The notes beneath the pieces were generated by a model. It did not search any database, was not told the DNA's origin, and saw nothing but the letters and a program-made list of their open reading frames with translations. The translations under genes were made by a program, and so were the position numbers. Of a stretch of DNA of 57,385 nt, positions 35,774-43,061 are shown in pieces. Each line of letters begins with the position of its first letter. Within the stretch, counting starts at the first letter, position 1. The stretch is taken from positions 1-57,385 of the forward strand of contig JAUWPB010000003.1 in NCBI GenBank assembly GCA_030611805.1, in the 5' to 3' direction. Origin of the DNA: Nanobdellota archaeon. GTDB taxonomy: Archaea; Nanobdellota; Nanobdellia; Pacearchaeales; GW2011-AR1.

Positions 35774-36358
35774 TTATTTTATTTTGTGTCTTTCTTTTTC
35801 TCTAATTGGAGCTAATTTCTTAAGAATCTCCATTGTTCTTTTCATAATATCTTTTTCTAAATCCTCAAAAATTTCATTCATTTCTTCTAAAGATTTTGAA
35901 CGAAACTCTTTCTCTTCCTTTTTATAATAATTTTCTGAGGGGTCAAGCCTCAGTATTCCACTTTCATAATCTCCAGGGACATGGGCATAGATATTTCTTA
36001 AACCCTTTATCCTGCGAAGATTCTTAATTGTTTCATCTCTCCATTCATCTTTCATCAGATTTTTCTCAAGAATTTTAATAATTTCATCTATTTTTCGCCC
36101 ATAAGACAAAGATAGAACCTTATCCTCTTCCCAACCCATATAAATTAATATTGCCTTAATCACTTGTTCGGACATTATTGCAGACTCTAACCCAGCACCT
36201 CTTGAATTTTGTATTTTTTGCACATGCTCTTGTAAATAAGGTTTCTCTTCCTTTGTCCTTTCAATTGATTCCTTAATCATATAGTCAATGGCTTTATCAC
36301 TCCCTTCTTGATCATTAAAATCTGGTAATTCAGGCAATTTTCTTTTTTTCTTACTCAT
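35774..36358 (-). CDS. HEPN-motif protein (Abi-like, putative RNase/toxin)
   Basis: RRIKGLRNIYAHVP contains R-x4-H in an RNxxAH context typical of HEPN/AbiD-like domains; all-helical, charged sequence. Confidence 0.5.
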   Translation of the reverse strand: MSKKKRKLPELPDFNDQEGSDKAIDYMIKESIERTKEEKPYLQEHVQKIQNSRGAGLESAIMSEQVIKAILIYMGWEEDKVLSLSYGRKIDEIIKILEKNLMKDEWRDETIKNLRRIKGLRNIYAHVPGDYESGILRLDPSENYYKKEEKEFRSKSLEEMNEIFEDLEKDIMKRTMEILKKLAPIREKERHKIK

Positions 36359-36372
36359 TTTTTCTTTTGATT

Positions 36373-36534
36373 CTAAATAAAACCAATTAAATTTAATTTG
36401 CTTATCTTATCTTGCGAAAGATTATCTTTTTTATGCCTTTGTCTCTGATGGCTTGCCCAGTTTGCAAGATATTTTTCTAATTTATTTTTTGAAGTAGTTA
36501 GTGGAAACCTACCGTATTTTTTCTTAATAAACAA
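36373..36534 (-). pseudogene. helicase-associated (HA) domain-like remnant, 53 codons, no ATG
   Basis: Translation ...KLEKYLANWASHQRQRHKKDNLSQDKISKLNLIGFI resembles one HA repeat. Only a TTG start is available. Confidence 0.3.
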
Positions 36535-36582
36535 ATATCTTTTTTAATTATTTTTTCAAAACAACTTTTATATTTTAATAAC

Positions 36583-36897
36583 TTATCTCAACCCGTATTT
36601 GATTTTTATATGATACAATCTTTTTTTAAATTCATTGTAAGCTTTATCATGAGGACCTATTGTTAAAAACCAAAGAATATTTTTATGGATAAAATATATA
36701 ACTCTAATATTTTTTGTAATTGGCTCCCGATAACAATGCGAACCTCCAGTTAGATGTTTTTGCCTTTTTGGATTTTCAAGAATCTTTCTTCTCTTTTTAT
36801 CAAATATCTGAATATCTTTAGAAGAAAGTTTATCTAAATCCTTAAAAAAATTATCGTGAAATTTTACATTCAATTCCTCTTTTTCGGAGATATTCAT
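36583..36897 (-). CDS. RelE/StbE-family toxin
   Basis: ILENPKRQKHLTGGSHCYREPITKNIRVIYFIHKNILWFLTIGPHDKAY. Confidence 0.68.
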   Translation of the reverse strand: MNISEKEELNVKFHDNFFKDLDKLSSKDIQIFDKKRRKILENPKRQKHLTGGSHCYREPITKNIRVIYFIHKNILWFLTIGPHDKAYNEFKKRLYHIKIKYGLR

Positions 36898-37060
36898 TAT
36901 AATCTTCCTGGGTTTTTCCTTTTATTTTTCCCATCTCAATATCCCCCACTCTAATTTTTACTATTTCATTTTGGAACACTTGTTCTACTTCATTAATTAA
37001 TATTTCTGCTGTGTTTAATATTTTATTAAAATCTGTTTTTTCTACTTGAATTGTTTCCAT
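36851..37060 (-). CDS. putative cognate antitoxin (69 aa)
   Basis: Immediately upstream of the RelE-like gene and overlapping it by 47 nt. Family not recognised. Confidence 0.45.
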   Translation of the reverse strand: METIQVEKTDFNKILNTAEILINEVEQVFQNEIVKIRVGDIEMGKIKGKTQEDYNEYLRKRGIECKISR

Positions 37061-37090
37061 ATCTTTTATATAGAATAAAACTTTAAATAT

Positions 37091-37249
37091 TTATTGGTTT
37101 ATAAAAAGAGATAAATCAATTGCTTCTTTTGTTCTTTCAATAAGTTCATCCATGCTCTTTGCTTGAGTATGACACCCAGGCAGTCCGACTACCTCTGAAA
37201 CATAATAACCTTCTTCATCTTTTTCAATAATTATATTAAAGTTAGCCAT
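37091..37249 (-). CDS. HicB-like (UPF0150) antitoxin-family miniprotein, 52 aa
   Basis: Not in the track. Translation MANFNIIIEKDEEGYYVSEVVGLPGCHTQAKSMDELIERTKEAIDL is a classic HicB N-domain pattern. No hicA seen. Confidence 0.65.
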   Translation of the reverse strand: MANFNIIIEKDEEGYYVSEVVGLPGCHTQAKSMDELIERTKEAIDLSLFINQ

Positions 37250-37308
37250 AATAATTACAACATGAAAGAGTATTTAAGATTTGTGCAAGCAGATCTTTAA
37301 ATAAATTT

Positions 37309-38469
37309 TCAAAACTCCAAAATCTTTCTTGCGTTTTCTAAAATCCTGTTTTCAAAAACTGTTGTTGTCTCTCCCTCTTGTTTTTCAATTGAAAGGGAGT
37401 TCATTAATTGCGGAATCAATTCATTAAAACCAGAAGGATTTTTCTCCGAATAAATCTTGATTGTTTCTTCCTCAACATTTTCAGAATCCTTAATTTCAAA
37501 TTCTAACTCAACTTCTTTTGTTTTCAAGTCATGGGTGTTCCTTAACATAAAGTACGAATTTTTTTGTTTTACAAATTCCTCTATTTGCACAAATTTAATG
37601 TCTGAATTTTTCCCCTTTTCCAATTCCCCTTTTAATCTCAAAAGAACGATTTTATTTTCTAAATCTTTTTTATTCAGTTCAGAAATTATCTGCTCTGTTG
37701 CCAAAAGTGCATTTTTAATGTGAATTTCAAAGGATACAATCTCTTTAATTTTTAATTCTATTTTTTGCAAATGATTTTCTGCTTCAGTGTCAACAATATA
37801 AAAACTTCCGTGTTCTAAATCTTCGAGTTCCTGAAAATTGTTAGGAAATACCGGACCAGGGTAAACAAAATTTTTGTATTGGAAATCCATGTGCAAGTGC
37901 CCTAAAGCATAATAATCTGCATGCGGGAGCAAGTCTGTTTCTATAGCATCTATCGGAAGTGTGCCTTTTGCCTTGTCAATTGTTGTGTGCAGCATAAAAA
38001 TTTTAAACATTCCCGGAGAGTCATTTAACTTTATTTTCCTCAGGTCTTGAACTTCTAAACTTGATTTCTTTCCAGGATAACCATAAATCGCGACACCTTT
38101 ATGAAGCACAGGGTTTAACAAAATTAAATTATCTTTTTCTTCAAAATCTGTTACATTCCTGCAAAATCCTGCCTTCTCTAAAACATCTAAAAAAGTTTTT
38201 CCAGAAACAGAGTAATCATGAGAACCGGCAATTATAAAGCAAGGAATTTTGGCTTTTTTGAGTTTCCTGAATTCAGCAAAAGTTTCTTTAAGAATTTCAA
38301 TTGAAGGATAAGCTGAGTCAAATAAATCTCCTGCTATTAAAACAAAGTCTAATTTTTTATTTATGCAAATCTCAATTGTTTTTTGAAATGACCGGAAATT
38401 CAAATCCTGCAGTGGCTGTTGTTTCCATCCTCCAAGATGAACATCTGCGATGTGTGCAAATCTAACCAT
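37309..38469 (-). CDS. mre11: Mre11/SbcD-family DNA repair nuclease
   Basis: Phosphoesterase motifs HIADVHLG, GDLFD, AGSHD, GHLH. Confidence 0.87.
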   Translation of the reverse strand: MVRFAHIADVHLGGWKQQPLQDLNFRSFQKTIEICINKKLDFVLIAGDLFDSAYPSIEILKETFAEFRKLKKAKIPCFIIAGSHDYSVSGKTFLDVLEKAGFCRNVTDFEEKDNLILLNPVLHKGVAIYGYPGKKSSLEVQDLRKIKLNDSPGMFKIFMLHTTIDKAKGTLPIDAIETDLLPHADYYALGHLHMDFQYKNFVYPGPVFPNNFQELEDLEHGSFYIVDTEAENHLQKIELKIKEIVSFEIHIKNALLATEQIISELNKKDLENKIVLLRLKGELEKGKNSDIKFVQIEEFVKQKNSYFMLRNTHDLKTKEVELEFEIKDSENVEEETIKIYSEKNPSGFNELIPQLMNSLSIEKQEGETTTVFENRILENARKILEF

Positions 38470-38645
38470 GATTAAAAGTTGGAGAAGGGATATATAAAGA
38501 TTATTGGAGAGAAGTGTAAGGATTGGAGTTTTGCGTTAAAAATTAAGTTTATAATTCTTAATATGCGTTGTTTAACAATTGAGAATTTATCTTAAATAAA
38601 AAAGAGGAAGGAAGAATTTATAATCTGTAATATTTTTATTAAATT

Positions 38646-39524
38646 ATGTTTACTAAATACAAAAAAAATCCAATCATTATTCCAGATTATAAAATAAGCT
38701 ATGAAAAAGAGTGCGCATACAATCCTTGTGCGATTGTTCATCATAAAAAAATACATCTTATTTATAGGGCAGAAGGACAATACAGGGATTACATTTCCAG
38801 TCTTTGTTTAGCAACAAGTGAAGATGGATATAATTTTACTAAATATAAAAAAAATCCAATAATTAAACCTACAAAGACTGAAGAAAAAAGAGGGTGCGAA
38901 GACCCAAGAATAACAAAAATTAAAGATACATTTTATTTAACTTACACAGCATATAATGGACATGATATTTCGTTATCGCTGGCAACATCCAGAGACCTCA
39001 TTCATTGGAAAAAACAAGGTATCATACTAAAAAACACGAAGTCAGGAGATATTTATCCAAAAAAGATTAATAATGAATATTTGATGTTTGTTGGTAAGGG
39101 AGATATATCTATTGCAAGATCTTCAGATTTAAAAAATTGGAAATTAGATAAAGAACATTTTTTATGCCCAAGAAAAAATTATTTTGACTCCAGATTGGTA
39201 GAAGTTGGACCCCCATTTATAGAACTTAAAGATAAATTGGTGATGATCTATAATTCATCAGATAAGTATATTAGATACTCTCCATCTTTTATTATATTGG
39301 ACAAGAAAAATCCTCTAAAAATTTTATATAGGCATGATAAGCCAATGCTAAGTCCTAATAGCCAGTTTGAATTGTTTGGAAAAGTGAATAATGTAATTTT
39401 TGCAGAAGGGCTTGTTAAATTTAAGGGAAAATATTTTTTATACTATGGCGGGGCAGATAAATGTATTGGCGTGGCAACAGCTACTCAAAAAGAAATTGAA
39501 AAGAGTTTTCCTCCTGTAAGATGA
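38646..39524 (+). CDS. GH130-family glycoside phosphorylase/hydrolase (DUF377 type)
   Basis: Repeated YKKNPII, CAYNPCAI, GCEDPRITKI, YYGGADK blocks. Confidence 0.82.
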   Translation: MFTKYKKNPIIIPDYKISYEKECAYNPCAIVHHKKIHLIYRAEGQYRDYISSLCLATSEDGYNFTKYKKNPIIKPTKTEEKRGCEDPRITKIKDTFYLTYTAYNGHDISLSLATSRDLIHWKKQGIILKNTKSGDIYPKKINNEYLMFVGKGDISIARSSDLKNWKLDKEHFLCPRKNYFDSRLVEVGPPFIELKDKLVMIYNSSDKYIRYSPSFIILDKKNPLKILYRHDKPMLSPNSQFELFGKVNNVIFAEGLVKFKGKYFLYYGGADKCIGVATATQKEIEKSFPPVR

Positions 39525-39553
39525 ACATCTGCAATATGGGCAAATCGTGTCAT
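39485..39553 (-). pseudogene. 5' stub of mre11 (MTRFAHIADVHLTGG..., 22 codons)
   Basis: 29/36 nt identical to the genuine mre11 start (38434..38469). A promoter-like region is also partly duplicated. It overlaps the GH130 stop in antisense. Confidence 0.65.
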
Positions 39554-39782
39554 GAAAATTTTAGAAACAAGAAATATTTAAAGATGATTGTGATTAAGGG
39601 TATAAAAAATTAATTTGATGTGTGTTGGAAAGTATTGTTTTTAGATCCTATTGGAAGATTATCAATAGTTTATTATTGAGAATCTTATGTTAGACGAAAT
39701 CTTATTGTTCTCTAAATAAAAAACAGGAAGCTTAAAAATTTGAAATAGTTTTCTTTATAAATAACGAGGTACCATCTAATTC

Positions 39783-40343
39783 ATGGGAATAGTTACAGGA
39801 TATTTAACAAATCCGAGTTTATCCAAAGTAGATCTTGGGGAAAAGATTGGAAAATTTGAAAGGTTAGGTCTTGAAATTAGATTATTTGATGAAGGATTAA
39901 GAAGGGGGAATACAATTGGTCCAAATGGAATTTTACTTTCTGGTAATGTTGATTTAAGTTCAACAGATATCATGAAAATAATGTATGGTTCAGAAATGCC
40001 TAAAAATATAAAAGGTTTGACTTATGATGTTTCATCATCAGAAGGAGGGGAGGATTTTGACGTTAGAAGATTAATTTTTGGAAATTTTGATTCTTATTTT
40101 GTTTTAAGGGTTAATATTGAAGAGAATAAAAGCAGAGTTTTAGATTTTAATAAAGATTATTTAGAAAAACAAGAAGATATTGGTTTTAGATATGTTGAGC
40201 CAGGATATGTTGCTTATGAATACTTAGTCAATGGCGATGATTTTAATTTAAGATTCAAACAGGCTAAACAGGTTTTATTAAAAGAAAGATTAAAATTAAA
40301 TAAAAAAGAAACAACAATTATTCATAATTTGTTACAAAATTAA
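39783..40343 (+). CDS. hypothetical protein (186 aa)
   Basis: ORF with CTTTATAAAT box 20-30 nt upstream. Confidence 0.55.
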   Translation: MGIVTGYLTNPSLSKVDLGEKIGKFERLGLEIRLFDEGLRRGNTIGPNGILLSGNVDLSSTDIMKIMYGSEMPKNIKGLTYDVSSSEGGEDFDVRRLIFGNFDSYFVLRVNIEENKSRVLDFNKDYLEKQEDIGFRYVEPGYVAYEYLVNGDDFNLRFKQAKQVLLKERLKLNKKETTIIHNLLQN

Positions 40344-40412
40344 AGGAAAACATTTCAAATAATTAAAAAGCCCCTCTTAATTAATACCAATTATGAGGAA
40401 AATCCTGCAAGG

Positions 40413-40453
40413 ATTTTGCCCAAATTTCTTCCACTTCGTTCCAGAAACTTCTC
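40413..40453. repeat. direct repeat copy 1 (41 bp)
   Basis: attttGcccaaatttcttccacttcgttccagaaacttctc is 40/41 identical to 41153..41193 and exactly 740 bp away. Confidence 0.92.
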
Positions 40454-40475
40454 TAAATCCTGATGTTAAATGAAA

Positions 40476-41048
40476 TAATATTTTAGTGTGCTAAATGCAA
40501 ATATTTAATAATATAAAATAATTGTAATAAGATATGAAAGTTGTTTTATACATGGCAATAACTGCAAATGGATATATTGCTAAAGAAAATAATGAAACTC
40601 CTTGGTCTGATGAAGAATGGGAAAGTTTTTCTACAAAAGTTAAAGAGATTAAAAATATTGTAATAGGTAGAAAAACTTTCGAGATTATGGAAAAAGGAGG
40701 GGAGTTTCAAAAAATAGACAATCCATTCACAGTTATAGTTTCTAATAAAAAAGAAAATAATTCAAATTTTGTAAATTCTCCTGAACAAGCAATTGATTTG
40801 TTAAAAGAAAAAGGTTTTTCTGAAGTTCTTGTTGCAGGAGGAGGAATATTAAACTCATCATTTATGCAAAAAGGTTTAGTCGATGAAATTTATTTAGATA
40901 TTGAACCTTTTTTGTTTGGAAAAGGAATTAAACTTTTTGCAGATAATGACTTCGAAACAAAATTAGAATTATTAGAAACAAAACAACTTTCAAAAAATAC
41001 AATACAATTACATTATAAGATTCTTAAGTAACGCACACTAAAATATTA
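40476..41048 (+). mobile_element. 573-bp single-gene cassette bounded by perfect 16-bp inverted repeats
   Basis: TAATATTTTAGTGTGC (40476..40491) and GCACACTAAAATATTA (41033..41048). No recombinase inside. Confidence 0.35.
40534..41031 (+). CDS. dihydrofolate reductase-like protein (RibD C-terminal domain family)
   Basis: MKVVLYMAITANGYIA...IGRKTFE...VLVAGGGILNSSF...DEIYLDIEPFLFGKG. Confidence 0.78.
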   Translation: MKVVLYMAITANGYIAKENNETPWSDEEWESFSTKVKEIKNIVIGRKTFEIMEKGGEFQKIDNPFTVIVSNKKENNSNFVNSPEQAIDLLKEKGFSEVLVAGGGILNSSFMQKGLVDEIYLDIEPFLFGKGIKLFADNDFETKLELLETKQLSKNTIQLHYKILK

Positions 41049-41152
41049 CTCTGCGGTTTGCTTTCAGCAAATCCTCGGGGACGCTGCACTTTCGTCGCTA
41101 TCGCTCCTCACCCTCATATAACAAGGGATAAAAGGAAAAATGCTCAGCTCGC

Positions 41153-41193
41153 ATTTTACCCAAATTTCTTCCACTTCGTTCCAGAAACTTCTC
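41153..41193. repeat. direct repeat copy 2 (41 bp), in the recQ 3' flank
   Basis: See copy 1. A degenerate extension reaches the recQ stop codon (41207..41209). Confidence 0.92.
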
Positions 41194-41206
41194 ATAATCG
41201 TGAATG

Positions 41207-43003
41207 TTATCCCTTCTCAAAACCATTCTCTCCAACATACTCATTTATCACTTTCAAAAAAACATCTCCAAAACTTTTTAATTTTGTTTCTCCAACTCCA
41301 TTAATTTTTAAGAAACTTTCTTTGTTACACGGAAAATAATATGCCATCTCCTGAAGCGAGGCATTACCAAAAATAACAAAAGCAGGCACGTTCCTTTCAT
41401 CAGCTATTTTCTTTCTTAATTCTTTCAACTTCCTGAATAATATTCTGTCGTAATCTAAATCTTCTTTAATTTTTTTCGTGATTATTTTTTCTTCCTCTTT
41501 TGGTTTTTGAATTTCTATCTTAACTGGAGTTTGCAAAAATTCTCTTGCTTTGAATGTAAGTGAAAGTGTTGGATAATCTCCTTCACTCTTTTTAATAAAA
41601 TCCAGATTAATTAAAGATAAAATAATTTCTTTTAATTCATCATCTGAAAAATCCTTTTCAATTCCAAAAACAAAGAATTTCTTATGCCAGTCTTTCACGC
41701 TTTCTTTTCCTTTTAAAACTTTAATTATGTAATTTGTTCCAAAAAAACCTCCTGTTAAATCAATGCAGGAAAAAATGTTTTGTGCAATTTTTGTGGCATT
41801 AAAAAGTTCTTTTTTGGTTAAGCAAATATCACATGCATTGCATTTTTCATTTGAACATTCTTCTCCAAAATAATTAAGAATATATTTTCTCCTGCAACTT
41901 AATGATTCAGCATAATCAATTATCTCTCTTAACTTTCCTTTTTGATACTCGCGGGTTTTCTCATTTTCAATTTGATTAATAAAAAAGTCATGTTTTCTTT
42001 TGTCCCTTGCTGCATAAAACATTACACAATCGCTTTTTAGTCCGTCTCTGCCTGCTCTTCCAATTTCCTGATAATATCCTTCAATGGTTTTTGGAAATGT
42101 GCAATGAATCACCATCCTTACATTGGATTTATCAATTCCCATTCCAAAAGCAATAGTCGCAGCAATAATTTGCACTTCATCTTTTATGAACAACTCCTGA
42201 TTTTTTTTCCTTGTTTCATCATTTAATCCTGCATGATAAAAAACAGCCTTATACCCTCTTTCAATTAAATCGCCTGCCATCTTCTCTGTTTCTTTGCGTG
42301 AAAAACAATAAATTATTATCTGTTCATTCTCATGTTTTTTTATTAACTCTAAAATTTTATCAAATGAGTTCTTTTTTTTCATGACAAGAAGATTAAGATT
42401 CTCCCTGTTGCAACTTGAAATAAAAATTTTCGGATTCTTTAAAGAAAGCTGGTTTATTATATCTTCTCTGACTTTTTTTGTTGCCGTGGCTGTTAAAGCC
42501 ACCATAGGAACTTTTGGGAACATTATTCTTAAATTTTTTAAACTTCTATAATCCGGGCGGAACTCATGCCCCCATTCAGAAATGCAATGAGCTTCATCAA
42601 CTGCAATTAAACTTAAATCAAGCGTCTTTAAAAATTTCTTAAAGCTGTCTTGCGCCAATCTTTCCGGAGCAACATAAAGAATCTTTGTTTCTCCTTGGTA
42701 AATCCTATATTGAATATCTATAATGTCTGTATATGACAAAGACGAATTAATGAACTCTGCGGAAATTCCATTTGCTTTGAGGCTGTCAACCTGATCTTTC
42801 ATGAGTGCAATGAGCGGAGAAATAATTAAAGTCAGCCCATTAAATTTTAATGCGGGAAATTGATAGCAAAGCGATTTTCCTCCTCCTGTAGGCATGAGAA
42901 TAAAAGTGTCTTGGTTTTGCAAAATACTATTTATTATATCTAATTGCATTGGTCTAAATTCTTCATAACCAAAATAAGCTTTAAGGAGATTTTTCATTTT
43001 CAT
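41207..43003 (-). CDS. recQ: ATP-dependent DNA helicase RecQ (with RQC/HRDC-type C-terminus)
   Basis: MPTGGGKSLCYQ, DEAHCISEWGHEFRPDY, TATAT, AFGMGIDK, QEIGRAGRDG, and a Zn-binding C..C..C..C block. Confidence 0.93.
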   Translation of the reverse strand: MKMKNLLKAYFGYEEFRPMQLDIINSILQNQDTFILMPTGGGKSLCYQFPALKFNGLTLIISPLIALMKDQVDSLKANGISAEFINSSLSYTDIIDIQYRIYQGETKILYVAPERLAQDSFKKFLKTLDLSLIAVDEAHCISEWGHEFRPDYRSLKNLRIMFPKVPMVALTATATKKVREDIINQLSLKNPKIFISSCNRENLNLLVMKKKNSFDKILELIKKHENEQIIIYCFSRKETEKMAGDLIERGYKAVFYHAGLNDETRKKNQELFIKDEVQIIAATIAFGMGIDKSNVRMVIHCTFPKTIEGYYQEIGRAGRDGLKSDCVMFYAARDKRKHDFFINQIENEKTREYQKGKLREIIDYAESLSCRRKYILNYFGEECSNEKCNACDICLTKKELFNATKIAQNIFSCIDLTGGFFGTNYIIKVLKGKESVKDWHKKFFVFGIEKDFSDDELKEIILSLINLDFIKKSEGDYPTLSLTFKAREFLQTPVKIEIQKPKEEEKIITKKIKEDLDYDRILFRKLKELRKKIADERNVPAFVIFGNASLQEMAYYFPCNKESFLKINGVGETKLKSFGDVFLKVINEYVGENGFEKG

Positions 43004-43061
43004 TAAAAAATTTCCAGTGTTTAAAAAGATATAAGTTGATTGTGATTAAAGAAAATTATTT

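Noticed and set aside
41058-41339. 93-aa plus-strand ORF (MLSANPRGRCTFVAIAPHPH...)
   Set aside because: It spans the GC-rich block, the direct repeat and the antisense of the recQ C-terminus. It has odd composition and no start context, so it is most likely spurious.
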